Part shown: one piece after another, positions 46,634 through 57,699 of the stretch
How positions within the stretch are numbered: the stretch's first letter is position 1
How the letters are laid out: each line of letters begins with the position of its first letter
From: a virus
Virus record (IMG/VR): IMGVR_UViG_3300011113_000500
Location: 4,396-68,395 of that record
Length of the DNA stretch: 64,000 nt
Reading direction: 5' to 3' (one strand)
The notes under the pieces: generated by a model
Databases searched by the model: none
Seen by the model: the letters and a program-made list of their open reading frames with translations, nothing else
Told to the model about the DNA's origin: nothing
Program-made: the position numbers and the translations under genes

Positions 46634-47961
46634 ACTGTAACTTTATTTAATTTTGGTAATGTTATTTTCGGAACTTCTGTATTTGTTGTTCCTACTTTAT
46701 TTAATTTTGGTAAATTCAATTGTACTTGTTTTGGTACTGAATTTAACGCATTGTCGATGATACCTACAAATTCATCAGCCATCATATCTAAATTGAATAC
46801 TTCACGTGATAAATATGCTTGCTTTCTAGACTTTTCTAAATATGGCTTATAATCATTTACACAATCACGTAACACGCTAGCAGCATATCCGTAGTCTACA
46901 GTAAACCATTGCGAATCTTTTAGTAAGAATTGATCTGCTGCAGAAGGATGTATTGTAGTTAATTGTCCAGGTAACAATGTTGAATGCTTTAAAAAGTCTA
47001 TATGTCCAGACCAGTTAGATGCTATCACAGGCTTACCTGTTACTGAAAACTCAAGTAGTGGTCGTCCAAAGCCTTCACCATGCGTAAATGATATCATAGC
47101 TTTTACTTTAGGATGATTATAAAGACTATTCATTTCTTCATCTGTTAAATCGCCATGTACAATATAAATGTTAGGAGCATTTTTTCCATATGGAGCTACA
47201 ATGGCTTGAATTTTTTTCATTAACTCTTCACGATCTATTATACTAAAAGTGGCATGGCTTGTTTTAAGTATTAGACCTGGACGATTGTGCGCTGACTTGT
47301 TTTTAAATGCTTCACAAACTGTTTTGATCATCATAGCTACATCTTTACGATCGGCTCCAAAATCTCCTCTTAGCCAATGCCCGACAAACAAATAACAAAA
47401 CGAATCTGTTATATTTGATAATTCATTTGTAATAGAATCATGAATTTTATCTGTCTTTTTATAAATGTTTGTATCAATTCCCTCGAACAATACTTTAATA
47501 GGCTTATTTAATTTAAGCGTACCAGTCTGTTGATTTGTATTTTTATCAACCATTTGATACGTAGATTCTATAAAACTCTTTTTAGAATGTTCTGAAGTAG
47601 TAATTACCATGTCCATTCTGTTACATCCTTCGAGCCATTCCGGAGAAACCATATTAGTTTCAATACCTGCAGTGATACCGATATTATATTTACCTGGAGC
47701 CTGAAACTCATTCGGCACTGATATTTGAATAAAAACATCTGGCTGACGATTGATAGGCTGTCTAGCTATAACATTTGATATTGCTACATGATCCGGATTA
47801 TCTGCTTTAAGTGCATCCATAGGAGTGTTACCCCATGGGAGTGATATAATTTGAATGTCATACTTATTGGCTTTGATTAAGCTAAGTACTAAATCTCTGG
47901 TATGATTCCCGTATCCAGAACGGGTAGCCACAGGGCCTTGTATAACTATAAATGGCTTCAT
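46630..47961 (-). CDS. Glycosyltransferase family 4 (GT-B)
   Basis: SGYG, GEGFGRPLLE, SNWSGHIDF. Confidence 0.88.
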   Translation of the reverse strand: MKPFIVIQGPVATRSGYGNHTRDLVLSLIKANKYDIQIISLPWGNTPMDALKADNPDHVAISNVIARQPINRQPDVFIQISVPNEFQAPGKYNIGITAGIETNMVSPEWLEGCNRMDMVITTSEHSKKSFIESTYQMVDKNTNQQTGTLKLNKPIKVLFEGIDTNIYKKTDKIHDSITNELSNITDSFCYLFVGHWLRGDFGADRKDVAMMIKTVCEAFKNKSAHNRPGLILKTSHATFSIIDREELMKKIQAIVAPYGKNAPNIYIVHGDLTDEEMNSLYNHPKVKAMISFTHGEGFGRPLLEFSVTGKPVIASNWSGHIDFLKHSTLLPGQLTTIHPSAADQFLLKDSQWFTVDYGYAASVLRDCVNDYKPYLEKSRKQAYLSREVFNLDMMADEFVGIIDNALNSVPKQVQLNLPKLNKVGTTNTEVPKITLPKLNKVTV

Positions 47962-49409
47962 AATACTCCTACATTTTCTAATTTATTAACTGGCTCGACT
48001 TTGAATACAGTGAACCTTTTTCTAGGCGTCCACTTTTCCAAGCATGTAGTAATGCATTCAATAAATCTATCTCCCATTCTTCGTGCTGACATATTAGATT
48101 CATTACCACATACCCACTCATGCCCCTTCATACCGTACTGCACACGGGTCTCTTCTGGCATTTCGTACCAATATGTTATTGCATTTGCGACATCTTTGAA
48201 ATCAACGCGATCGTCAAAGATATATGGTGTTTGAGGTGAACCTTGTAATGAACGGTTAGTTGGGAACACAGGTTTAGACCAAACACCATGCTTCTTGTAA
48301 CGGCCGGTATGATTGGTCGGAAACTCTGTAGTGAATTCTATCCACTCGCCATTTTCATCTTCAAATCGGCAATGATCTTGCAATCCGCCAGTTACATTAT
48401 TAATGATAGGAGTACCTGCCATTAATGATTCTGCACCTGATAATCCAAATCCTTCATTTGAAGCTATATTAACAGTTACATCTGCTAGATTATAAAAGAA
48501 GTTCATCATTTTATTATCTACCGGGCGATCGCTAAAAATAATTTTATAATCTGGACATATCGCATTTTTAACTGCTATTAGATCAGTTCCATTATCATCA
48601 ATCGGTTGCGTATGCATTAATAACACACAACGGTCTGCTTTTTCTTTAGGTAAAGATTTACAAAACTCATTATACGCTAAAATAAGATCGCCGGGTTGTT
48701 TACGACGTATGTTTCTGTTATTCCAGAATATTACAAAATCAACATTGTTAGTTGTTTTGAAATTAGATTTGAATTCGTTAAATTCGTTGTACAACGGATG
48801 TGTATCTGTAATAGGCTGAATATGTTTTTCGTTAATACCATGCGGTACCCATTGTACAGCCCAATCTTCTTTTGGATATTTCTTTAAGACATTTAAAACA
48901 ATGTTCTGTGTTTGTTTAGAAATATTCATTAATAAATCACATGATTCGTAGAATGGTTCATTCCAATGTGGATACGGCAAATCGTCCCAAATATTATAAT
49001 ACATAATCGGAATACGTTGACGTACTGTATGTTCCATTTGGTATAGCCATCCCCAGAATCTAGGATCCGTAAAATGCAGAATCGCATCTGGTTTTTCTAT
49101 TTCCATTAACTGCATTAAGATGTTAGGATCTCCATATCCGCTATATGGATATAACTTAACATATGCATCTTCGACTCCAGTTTCTTTTTTAGATTCTTCA
49201 CTTAGGTCAAAAATCTTTCCTTGGTCTGGATGTTTGATCGCTGCTCCTAACTGTACCCAATCAAATTCTTTTACCGTGTTCAATACAATTTCGCGTGACA
49301 TAGTAGCAATACCACTATGCATGCGCATGTCATCGGACAATAATAAAATTTTCTTTTTCTTAGGCTTGTTAGGATCTACTTTTCGTAACTTAGGTAAATT
49401 CAAATTCAT
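47958..49409 (-). CDS. Glycosyltransferase family 4 (GT-B)
   Basis: VPHGI, NRNIRRK, NEGFGLSGAESLMAGTPII. Confidence 0.88.
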   Translation of the reverse strand: MNLNLPKLRKVDPNKPKKKKILLLSDDMRMHSGIATMSREIVLNTVKEFDWVQLGAAIKHPDQGKIFDLSEESKKETGVEDAYVKLYPYSGYGDPNILMQLMEIEKPDAILHFTDPRFWGWLYQMEHTVRQRIPIMYYNIWDDLPYPHWNEPFYESCDLLMNISKQTQNIVLNVLKKYPKEDWAVQWVPHGINEKHIQPITDTHPLYNEFNEFKSNFKTTNNVDFVIFWNNRNIRRKQPGDLILAYNEFCKSLPKEKADRCVLLMHTQPIDDNGTDLIAVKNAICPDYKIIFSDRPVDNKMMNFFYNLADVTVNIASNEGFGLSGAESLMAGTPIINNVTGGLQDHCRFEDENGEWIEFTTEFPTNHTGRYKKHGVWSKPVFPTNRSLQGSPQTPYIFDDRVDFKDVANAITYWYEMPEETRVQYGMKGHEWVCGNESNMSARRMGDRFIECITTCLEKWTPRKRFTVFKVEPVNKLENVGVL

Positions 49410-49457
49410 TACTTTTTTCCTTATGTAACCGTTCTTTTTGTTTATTATAAATATGCT

Positions 49458-49859
49458 TTACGATAATATAACAACCTTTTTGTTAAATCGTTTTGCTGAA
49501 TTTATTGCACTTTTTGTACCATCTGCCTTTGACCCTTCCGGTATCAAAGCTACCATCACATCACATGTTTTTGCAATTAACATGTTCCTATGATGAAATT
49601 GGCTCACATGATATTGTTTGTTATAATAATCATCTGACATAGCACTGTATAAGTTTCTAGGTGTATGTGCCGGATTAAATTCTTTGTAATCGATTCCAAA
49701 TTCTAATGCATACTTTTTAGCATACTTATCAGCGCCTTCTTTAGCCCCTCCAGATATTATTATTAATTCATCGCCAAATTTTCGTTTTAGATCAAATAAT
49801 AAGTCTTTGATCTTACGAACATTTTCATATTCTCGACTTCCGACTATTGCTACTTTCAT
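49458..49859 (-). CDS. SLOG-family (YspA/DUF2493-like) protein
   Basis: VAIVGSR, ISGGAKEGAD, RNMLI, GT. Confidence 0.8.
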   Translation of the reverse strand: MKVAIVGSREYENVRKIKDLLFDLKRKFGDELIIISGGAKEGADKYAKKYALEFGIDYKEFNPAHTPRNLYSAMSDDYYNKQYHVSQFHHRNMLIAKTCDVMVALIPEGSKADGTKSAINSAKRFNKKVVILS

Positions 49860-50791
49860 CCTTTTACTCGCTTTGCCTTTGGACATAAATTTTCATTATT
49901 CGCAAAATCACAATATTTGCAATTTTTATTATTCTTACCTGCTATAGCTATATATTCACGTGCAGTATTATAACTGCCATCTTCATTAAAACATTGTCTA
50001 ATCCAATCTTCAATTTCACGTTTTACTTTGTTACGAGTAGGTTTACCGCTTGCAGGAACGAATGATTGTATTCTTTTTTGAGGGAACATTGCATCTTCTA
50101 CTAACTTACGTTTAAGTATAATGTATTCTACTTTAATCTTTTCAACATCATGACCGTACTGCTGAGAGTAATAATCTTTATAAATTACTAACTGCGCTGT
50201 CTTAGTCTTATCAGCCTTTTGATATTTGTTCCATCCAGATGTACTAGTCTTAAAGTCTAAAATAATAATTTCATCTGTACGTTTATCTCTTAATACAACG
50301 TCTAAATATGATATCATTAAAATATTATCGCGGCCATCTAATACTGGATGACATATAGGCACTTCAATTCCTACTAACTCTTGATTCTTGTTAGAGAAAT
50401 ATACTGACCTATTACGTTTCATGTAATTGATAATTGCAATACCATCACGGAAAAACTCTGCCATTTCTTCTTTGTTAGAAAAATGCTCTTCGGTTTGGGC
50501 CACGGCTTCTTTATATAAAGTAGACATTCTTTCACGTAACATACTTTCTAAATCCATTTCATCGGCAGCTTTTGCTGACTTAGTGAATATAGTTGTTACA
50601 TAGTTTTGTAATGTCTCGTGCATAGCCGTACCAAACAACGTATGAATACTTTGCGAAAAGGTACGTAAATTTTGTATATATGCTAACTCCCATTGTTTAG
50701 GACAATTAGAATACATAGTAAATTGTGAATATGATACTTTACGATCACCTTCCTTAGGCTCTCGCTTACTAAACTCTATAAATTTTTGCAT
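49856..50791 (-). CDS. PD-(D/E)XK RecB/Cas4-like exonuclease
   Basis: SYSQ...CP, FGTAMHE, YLD...ILDFKT, QLVIY, CKYC...C. Confidence 0.85.
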   Translation of the reverse strand: MQKFIEFSKREPKEGDRKVSYSQFTMYSNCPKQWELAYIQNLRTFSQSIHTLFGTAMHETLQNYVTTIFTKSAKAADEMDLESMLRERMSTLYKEAVAQTEEHFSNKEEMAEFFRDGIAIINYMKRNRSVYFSNKNQELVGIEVPICHPVLDGRDNILMISYLDVVLRDKRTDEIIILDFKTSTSGWNKYQKADKTKTAQLVIYKDYYSQQYGHDVEKIKVEYIILKRKLVEDAMFPQKRIQSFVPASGKPTRNKVKREIEDWIRQCFNEDGSYNTAREYIAIAGKNNKNCKYCDFANNENLCPKAKRVKG

Positions 50792-50828
50792 AATCTAAAT
50801 ATAATAACATTTATGCAATTAGACAAAT

Positions 50829-51044
50829 TTATTTTGATATTTGTTCAATTCGTCTGTTTAGATACCATAATGCTTTGTTAAGATCTTCAAGTTCTTTTGT
50901 AGAATCTTTCTTACCTGCCCGTGATATATACTTAATAACGTTGCCTAAGCAAAAATCTAATTCCCAGGCTTCGATAACTTTGATAGCCTCATATACGTTG
51001 CCTTTGCCACCATAATGGGTAGGATGATTCACTGCTTCTTTCAT
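50829..51044 (-). CDS. DUF3310 family protein
   Basis: VNHPTHY...EAI...FCLGNVIKYISRAGKK...EDLNKALWYL. Confidence 0.88.
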   Translation of the reverse strand: MKEAVNHPTHYGGKGNVYEAIKVIEAWELDFCLGNVIKYISRAGKKDSTKELEDLNKALWYLNRRIEQISK

Positions 51045-51487
51045 TTCATTAATTTTTTTATTTCAGAATCTGTCTTACCGTATAATTTTAATACAGATTC
51101 TAATTCTTTACCATTATCTAATTCAAACCAGATATTGATATACTCTTCAGCATCACGTTCTGATACTTGAAAATGTTCTGCAACAAACGTTACTAATTCA
51201 TTTTCATACTTATCAGATTTTTTACCTTTAATGTATTTAGCAAATACTTTTCTTTTAGGTAAGATGTCTAAGTATAATTGATAAACATGTTTACGATCTA
51301 ACGGTCCGATTGTATACTGTTGAAACATATCAACGAACTCTATTAGATCATAACTCATGCTCAACCATCGATTGATAATATAAGGAGAAAAAGACTTCTG
51401 ATCTGCTTCTGAAAGCTTTTCCCAGGGAGTCTTCTTCTCCGTTATGTTTGATAAATGGTCAAATATTGTTGCTACTTTAGTACTCAT
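51041..51487 (-). CDS. Clamp loader small subunit (gp62-like)
   Basis: FSPYIINRWLS...LPKRKVFAKYIK; near the RFC gene. Confidence 0.7.
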   Translation of the reverse strand: MSTKVATIFDHLSNITEKKTPWEKLSEADQKSFSPYIINRWLSMSYDLIEFVDMFQQYTIGPLDRKHVYQLYLDILPKRKVFAKYIKGKKSDKYENELVTFVAEHFQVSERDAEEYINIWFELDNGKELESVLKLYGKTDSEIKKLMK

Positions 51488-51711
51488 TTAGGCATAAATT
51501 CTTCGTTAATATGACCGCAGTCATCACAACGAAATGTTGGTACAGGTATAATTTGTTCTTTACCGCTAGGTGAAATTAAAGCCGGAACACGTTTAAATGC
51601 ATTTACTTCTTTAAAAAATCTACCGCCGCAGTTCTCACATACAATATCCGTAAGATCTTCTACTCTAAGTCTCGGACCTTCTGTAGATTGCATATTTTCT
51701 TTCTTTGCCAT
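51484..51711 (-). CDS. Zn-ribbon protein
   Basis: CENCG...CDDCGH. Confidence 0.7.
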   Translation of the reverse strand: MAKKENMQSTEGPRLRVEDLTDIVCENCGGRFFKEVNAFKRVPALISPSGKEQIIPVPTFRCDDCGHINEEFMPK

Positions 51712-51730
51712 ATTATCCTTAATATATAGA

Positions 51731-53344
51731 TTATAAGTCGTAATTAATATTTTTATCTGACTTTTGTTCTGGAATTTCAATTAATGCACATTCCGTCATT
51801 AATATCATTGATGCAACTGATGCCGCATTCTGTAATGCAACACGTTCAACTTTCTTTGGATCGATAATACCAGACTCGTATAAGTCTTCGTATTGTTCTG
51901 TATGAGCATTATATCCATACGCAATGTTTTCATTTTGTTTGATATCTCTAATCACAACCGATCCATCGGCTCCTGCATTTGCACATATCTGACGAAGTGG
52001 CTCTTCAATAGCACGCAATACAATATTAATACCAATCGTCTCATCTTCATTCTTACCTATGAATGCGGAACGTTCTGCCGCTCTAATCAAAGCAATTCCG
52101 CCGCCAGGTACTATACCTTCTGCAATTGCTGCTCTAGTAGCACTTAATGCATCATCAACACGATCCTTCTTCTCTTTCATTTCAATCTCAGATGCAGCTC
52201 CGATAGATAAAATTGCAACACCTCCTGCTAATTTTGCCAAACGTTCTTGTAACTTTTCACGTTCATAGTCGGAAGTTGAAGATTCAATTTGTACTTTAAT
52301 ACTTTCTATACGGTTGTTAATATCTTCTGTAGCCCCTGCACCGTTAACAAAAGTAGTATCATCTTTAGTAACAACTACTTTAGAAGCAATGCCTAGATCA
52401 TCTAAACTCACACTTTCTAATTTATGACCTAACTCTTCTGATACAAGCGTACCTCCTGTTAGTATTGCAATATCTTCTAACATTGCTTTTCTTTTATCTC
52501 CAAACCCTGGAGCTTTGACTGCTACTACTTTCAATCCACCACGTACTCTATTCATTACCAATGTACTTAATACTTCGCCTTCAACATCTTCAGCTATAAT
52601 AATCAAAGGCTGACCTGTCTGTACTACCTTTTCTAGAATAGGCAAGAATGACTTCATGTTTGAAATCTTTTTATCATAGATTAAGATATAAGGCTTTTCA
52701 TAAACCGTTTCCATTTTAGTCGTATCTGTTACAAAGTATGGAGATATGTAACCACGATCGATTTGCATACCTTCTACTGTAGTCAATTCCGTTTGCATAC
52801 CTTTTGCTTCTTCAACAGTAATAACTCCTTCCGTACCTACCGCCGCCATTGCTTCTGCAATTAACGATCCAATAGCCTCATCATTGTTTGCTGATATAGT
52901 TGCAATTTGTTTAATCTGATCAGAGTCGCCTTCGATCTTAACTGCGATATCATCTAACGAATCTACAATTGTAGCTACTGCAGTATCAATACCACGTTTC
53001 AAATCAATTGGATTAGCACCAGCCGTAACATTTTTTAGTCCTGCAGTTACAATAGCCTGTGCTAATACTGTCGCTGTCGTAGTTCCGTCACCTGCTAAAT
53101 TAGCAGTTTTGCTAGCAACTTCCTTTAACATTTGTGCTCCTGCATTTGCAATAGGATCTTCCAATACAATTTCCTTTGCTACAGATACACCATCTTTTGT
53201 GATTACTGGACTTAGTCCTGGTTTCTCAATCACAACATTACGACCTTTCGGACCTAATGTAACTTTTACTGCATTCGCTAATGTATCAATTCCAATCTTT
53301 AATCCATTGCGACTATCAGCATTCATAAACACTTTCTTTGCCAT
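51731..53344 (-). CDS. groL: Chaperonin GroEL
   Basis: [31 protein letters not shown]; lacks the GGM tail. Confidence 0.97.
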   Translation of the reverse strand: MAKKVFMNADSRNGLKIGIDTLANAVKVTLGPKGRNVVIEKPGLSPVITKDGVSVAKEIVLEDPIANAGAQMLKEVASKTANLAGDGTTTATVLAQAIVTAGLKNVTAGANPIDLKRGIDTAVATIVDSLDDIAVKIEGDSDQIKQIATISANNDEAIGSLIAEAMAAVGTEGVITVEEAKGMQTELTTVEGMQIDRGYISPYFVTDTTKMETVYEKPYILIYDKKISNMKSFLPILEKVVQTGQPLIIIAEDVEGEVLSTLVMNRVRGGLKVVAVKAPGFGDKRKAMLEDIAILTGGTLVSEELGHKLESVSLDDLGIASKVVVTKDDTTFVNGAGATEDINNRIESIKVQIESSTSDYEREKLQERLAKLAGGVAILSIGAASEIEMKEKKDRVDDALSATRAAIAEGIVPGGGIALIRAAERSAFIGKNEDETIGINIVLRAIEEPLRQICANAGADGSVVIRDIKQNENIAYGYNAHTEQYEDLYESGIIDPKKVERVALQNAASVASMILMTECALIEIPEQKSDKNINYDL

Positions 53345-53354
53345 AACTTGTTCC

Positions 53355-54284
53355 TTATTTTAATTCGTTAAGTAATTTTACAATTGTCGACATCATATGT
53401 AATTCTTTATCAACTACAAATGAATCTTGATATTGAGATTCTGCCAATATTAAGATTGCAGCAGCGATATGCCCTTTAGCATATTCATCGATTTCATCAA
53501 ACAAAAACTTATGTAGATTAGTAAAGTCCTTAACCTTACTATCCGCAATAAGTTGTCTAATTTCTTTGAAAGCATCTTTCTTGTTAAGATCACTTCGAAG
53601 AATATCTAACAACTTAGTCATGTAATTTGCTTGAATGATACTATCATTATCTACACGCAGTTCTCCGTTAATGACTTGTCTTTGACATGCATTTAACACA
53701 CGACGTATATCTGGATATCCAGCATTGATAATTGTAACTAAATCTTTCTTATCGTATTTTATACTCTGTTCATCTAATATACCTACAACCCGTTTTGCTA
53801 CATCGCCTTTACTTGGAGGTATAATTGCAAATGCCTGACATCTACTTTGAATAGGATCTATGATCTTTTCAACGTAGTTACATGTAAGAATGAATCGGGT
53901 TGTATTGGAAAATGTTTCCATTAGATTACGTAATGCGGCTTGACCGTTAGCAGTCATATAATCAGCCTCATCTAATATTACAATCTTCCATTTACGGAAT
54001 CCAATTGTACTTGCAAAGTTTTTAATCTTTGTTCTAACCGTTTCGACATTGTTTTCGTCTGATGCATTAATATACATTACATCTGCATCTACATTATTAG
54101 CAATGATCTTTGCCAATGTTGTTTTACCAGTACCTGCTTGTCCATAAAATAACAAATGCGGTACATCACCACTTTCTAAATACAACTTAACTTTATCAAT
54201 GATATGTTCATTGCCTACATACCCATCTAATGTACCTGGCCTGAACTTTTCAACCCATAAACTATTTTCTTGATTTCCGAACAT
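53355..54284 (-). CDS. Clamp loader ATPase subunit (RFC/gp44-like)
   Basis: [27 protein letters not shown]. Confidence 0.95.
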   Translation of the reverse strand: MFGNQENSLWVEKFRPGTLDGYVGNEHIIDKVKLYLESGDVPHLLFYGQAGTGKTTLAKIIANNVDADVMYINASDENNVETVRTKIKNFASTIGFRKWKIVILDEADYMTANGQAALRNLMETFSNTTRFILTCNYVEKIIDPIQSRCQAFAIIPPSKGDVAKRVVGILDEQSIKYDKKDLVTIINAGYPDIRRVLNACQRQVINGELRVDNDSIIQANYMTKLLDILRSDLNKKDAFKEIRQLIADSKVKDFTNLHKFLFDEIDEYAKGHIAAAILILAESQYQDSFVVDKELHMMSTIVKLLNELK

Positions 54285-54302
54285 AACTCTTTGTTATAAA
54301 TA

Positions 54303-54740
54303 TTAATTACCAGTTGAACCATAGCCACCATCTCCACGCTCTGTCTCTGAAAGTTCATTTACCTCTTCCATTTCAATTGTCGGATATGGCATTACAACTA
54401 ACTGACCGATACGATCTCCTTCTTGGAATCTTTTTAATCCGGCAAAGTAAGCTTTAGGTGGCATCTTATATCTAAATTTAATTTCACCTCGATATCCAGA
54501 ATCAACTACCCCAACACAATTTGCTAAGATTAAATCTGTTTTTGATACAGACGATCTTGGAAATAACAATCCAACATATCCTTCTGGTATCTCAACGGCT
54601 ATACCAGTATTATATTCAATGAACCCGTAGTTATTGTCAATAGTAGATGCTATCGCAGTCATATCAAGGCCAGCATCTCCCGGCTGAGCATAGCTAGGAG
54701 TTACTGCCTTAGGTGTTAATTTCTTAAATCTTACTTTCAT
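54303..54740 (-). CDS. dut: dUTPase (trimeric)
   Basis: DAGLD, PRSS, GVVDSGYRGEI, RGDGGYGSTG. Confidence 0.96.
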   Translation of the reverse strand: MKVRFKKLTPKAVTPSYAQPGDAGLDMTAIASTIDNNYGFIEYNTGIAVEIPEGYVGLLFPRSSVSKTDLILANCVGVVDSGYRGEIKFRYKMPPKAYFAGLKRFQEGDRIGQLVVMPYPTIEMEEVNELSETERGDGGYGSTGN

Positions 54741-54741
54741 A

Positions 54742-55461
54742 TTACGTTGTTTGTAACTGTACTAGATAATAAGTTGATGTATATGTCTTACCAGTAAAGA
54801 TTGCACGAGCCAACCCCGCGGCTGATACTTCCAATACTGCAGTCTCTGCATCTTTATTTGCTTGAAGTACTTCTTTAAACAAATTACTTGAGAAACATAC
54901 TACTGACATGTCCTGGCAAGTTTCATTTTTACAATCAACTTCAAACTTAATACGATTAGTATTGATAGATGAATAATTCATAATGAATTCTACTTTACCA
55001 TTCTTACATGCGATACCAAAGTTTTCTGACTCAGGTAATGCATTTTTTGCTTTGATAAATCGATTAACATAGTCTTTATCCATTGTCACCTTCACACTCC
55101 AATCTGGTAATTGCTTTAGTTCTGGTACTTGACGAATAACTGATAGATCTGCTAACATAAATGTCATATTAACATCCTTATCTGATACTGCCAGGCTTAC
55201 TGACTTTTCAGCAATCTTGTTAACCGATACATCTAAGTCTTCATTAACTGCTGAAAGCATTTTTACTAATTGCGGAGTTGCATAAACACCTAACTCATTA
55301 GTACCTAAATCTAAATTAGCAGTTACAGATCCAATAACATTCTGGTCATCTGTAATAAATGATGTTTGGATTGCTCCATTATCTGCAACCCATTTAACTG
55401 ATGTAGTTGCTCCGGCCAAATGATAACGACCGATAAAATTTAAAAGTTCTGTCTTTTTCAT
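54742..55461 (-). CDS. DNA sliding clamp (gp45/PCNA-like)
   Basis: 239 aa beta-rich protein in the replisome cluster; FSSNLFKEVL...LEVSAAGL...STYYLV. Confidence 0.7.
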   Translation of the reverse strand: MKKTELLNFIGRYHLAGATTSVKWVADNGAIQTSFITDDQNVIGSVTANLDLGTNELGVYATPQLVKMLSAVNEDLDVSVNKIAEKSVSLAVSDKDVNMTFMLADLSVIRQVPELKQLPDWSVKVTMDKDYVNRFIKAKNALPESENFGIACKNGKVEFIMNYSSINTNRIKFEVDCKNETCQDMSVVCFSSNLFKEVLQANKDAETAVLEVSAAGLARAIFTGKTYTSTYYLVQLQTT

Positions 55462-55466
55462 ATTAT

Positions 55467-56651
55467 TTATTTTGTTTCGAAGAATTGATTAAAAGTGTTT
55501 TCATTAGTTGATATGATATGCGATCCACCAAATTGCATATAGTGATGACGATACTTCTCATAGATATGAATTGCATTATCTGGATCTTCAAACATCTCAT
55601 TCATACTTTTAAGAATTTGATAAAGGTCGCCAGGTACAATTGTTTCTAACAATTCCATATGAGCATCACATAACTCATTTACCATATCAATAGTCTTGTT
55701 AAATGCAAATACATTATTCAAAACCATTTTCAAAGTACAATCGCCGTCATATTTAGCTACATCGCCAAATGTCATTACAATAGGATGACCAAACGGATTA
55801 GGAACTTTATCTTCTGGATTATATGGAAGGTTATCTCCTTTAGGGAAATACAAATGACTAAACGTCATCTTACTCAATTGAGGTGAATGCAAATACGTTC
55901 CGTATACTGGATACTGTCCTGGTGATGAACTATCTGTCGATACTTGTATTCTGCCATCAAAGTGCTTATTGAAATTCTTTTGAAGAATACTTAGCAAATA
56001 GAAATCACTAATTTTAGAAATACCTAACAAGTGAATGTAACCATTACGTTTTTTTTCAAACTCTCTATTCTGTAATAGAACTGCCAATGCATAAAAGAAA
56101 TCAACTAACTTCTGCGGACCACCGACACACCATCCACCAAAGTCAAAATCTTTAACTTGATCATACCAATGAGAATATTGATGTGTATTCGATCCTTGCA
56201 ATACATTTAAGAATGTACATTTACCAGACTGATTGTTTTCAAACCATTTAAAGTTTTCTAAACTAATTGCCAATGAATCTTCAAATCGATTAGCATATGT
56301 AGTTCTCGGTGGAATATCTAAGTTCGCAGCAATATCAGCATTATTTTCTAACCAATGGAAGATAGTTTCACGCAACTCCGTAGACCATTTCAGAGCACCA
56401 CGAGCCAATTGGTAACCACCCGAGTCGCCAAATACAAATGCTTTTTCTAAACCAAAATCCTTACGAGTTTCTGGCTTCTTGTAATAGTGTCCTGCAGTTA
56501 CCAAGAAGTATGGATGTCTCCATTCTTCCGGAAATTCTTCTGCATAGAATCTACTAGTTAATCCTGGCATCACATCTTTATTCTTTTTAAATGCATCTGC
56601 TGTACCGCCGGCTGATAGGCTCGGAAAGTAAATAAACTTTTTCTTATCCAT
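55467..56651 (-). CDS. dpdA: TGT-fold guanine transglycosylase (DpdA-like)
   Basis: FGDSGGYQ, LDIPP, LNVLQG, GWCVGG, IHLLG, STDSSS; near folE/queD/queE. Confidence 0.78.
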   Translation of the reverse strand: MDKKKFIYFPSLSAGGTADAFKKNKDVMPGLTSRFYAEEFPEEWRHPYFLVTAGHYYKKPETRKDFGLEKAFVFGDSGGYQLARGALKWSTELRETIFHWLENNADIAANLDIPPRTTYANRFEDSLAISLENFKWFENNQSGKCTFLNVLQGSNTHQYSHWYDQVKDFDFGGWCVGGPQKLVDFFYALAVLLQNREFEKKRNGYIHLLGISKISDFYLLSILQKNFNKHFDGRIQVSTDSSSPGQYPVYGTYLHSPQLSKMTFSHLYFPKGDNLPYNPEDKVPNPFGHPIVMTFGDVAKYDGDCTLKMVLNNVFAFNKTIDMVNELCDAHMELLETIVPGDLYQILKSMNEMFEDPDNAIHIYEKYRHHYMQFGGSHIISTNENTFNQFFETK

Positions 56652-57699
56652 TGAATAACACCTTTAATAATGATGAGCTCGAAAAGAACTCTGTATGTAA
56701 TTTATTTGTTAATTTATGTAAATCTTTTGCGCGCTCGTCATATGTTGATATCCAGTTACGGATCAATTTAACTAAATCAGTTTTGTATACTAAGAAGTTT
56801 TCATACGACTCTGTCCATTCACTAGGATATTTAAACTGAGATGTATACATTTCTGAATAACTTAAACGATCCGGTACCATTGGCAATGCACCTGCTATTG
56901 CTCCTTCATAACATGATATACCTAACGTTTCTTGCAAATTTGCCGAGAAAACAATTTTTGCCTTCCCCAATAATTGGTGATACTCTGCCTTAGTCAATTT
57001 TTCTTCTTGACATACTACAAAATCAAATTCAGGCAACTCTTCTGCCAAATCTCTAAAAATCTGTACTTGTTTCTCTGGAGCAATTCTATGAGGGAATACT
57101 ATAATATTTTCTTTCTGACTAACGTTTAATGTATCTTTAAGATATTCCATTGGCCATCCAGTACGGAAACAATATACATTTTCATATCCGTAACGAGCTC
57201 TAAATATTTGAATATGATAATCAGATGCGAACCAATTGTAATCAATAGCGTGAGCTAATGAAGATTCAAAGTCTCGAACCCAACGGTCTTTGATTAAACG
57301 GCCTAAAAAATCATTTTCATCATAATTACCTGCATGCCATAGAGCATGTATCTTAATTGGAATCTCTAACAACTGACTCATATACTTAAGTTGAATAATA
57401 GTTGGATTCCAAGCATCTGTATACAAAAAGATATCGCCTGGCTTAATATCGCCTTTACAAAACATGTTAGCGATCTTCATCATTTGAGAACTTTTATACA
57501 CGTTAGTACCACCGAAGTTTAAGAATGCGCCTGGCGTAGTTGCAGCTGGGATATTATCCGAGCCTTCAATTGATTCGACTACATATGGCAATCCATTATC
57601 ATTGGCATATTCTCTAATTAACTTAGGTATCCATGTCTTCCATTGACCAGTATATCTAGTATCAACAGCTTCTAAATCTACAATCCAAATCTTATTCAT
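56644..57699 (-). CDS. GT-B glycosyltransferase coupled to the dpdA-like gene
   Basis: FPHRIAPEKQ, QETLGISCYEG, PDRLSYSEM; probable start MNKIW at 57699. Confidence 0.8.
   Translation of the reverse strand: MNKIWIVDLEAVDTRYTGQWKTWIPKLIREYANDNGLPYVVESIEGSDNIPAATTPGAFLNFGGTNVYKSSQMMKIANMFCKGDIKPGDIFLYTDAWNPTIIQLKYMSQLLEIPIKIHALWHAGNYDENDFLGRLIKDRWVRDFESSLAHAIDYNWFASDYHIQIFRARYGYENVYCFRTGWPMEYLKDTLNVSQKENIIVFPHRIAPEKQVQIFRDLAEELPEFDFVVCQEEKLTKAEYHQLLGKAKIVFSANLQETLGISCYEGAIAGALPMVPDRLSYSEMYTSQFKYPSEWTESYENFLVYKTDLVKLIRNWISTYDERAKDLHKLTNKLHTEFFSSSSLLKVLFNG

Noticed and set aside
29903-49409. Bacterial O-antigen/capsule locus (window is chromosomal)
   Set aside because: There is no flippase, polymerase or export gene, and the island is continuous with phage replisome and virion-type genes.
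49856-50791. Cas4-like nuclease as CRISPR-Cas evidence
   Set aside because: It is a stand-alone PD-(D/E)XK exonuclease in a replication cluster, with no cas1/cas2 or array.
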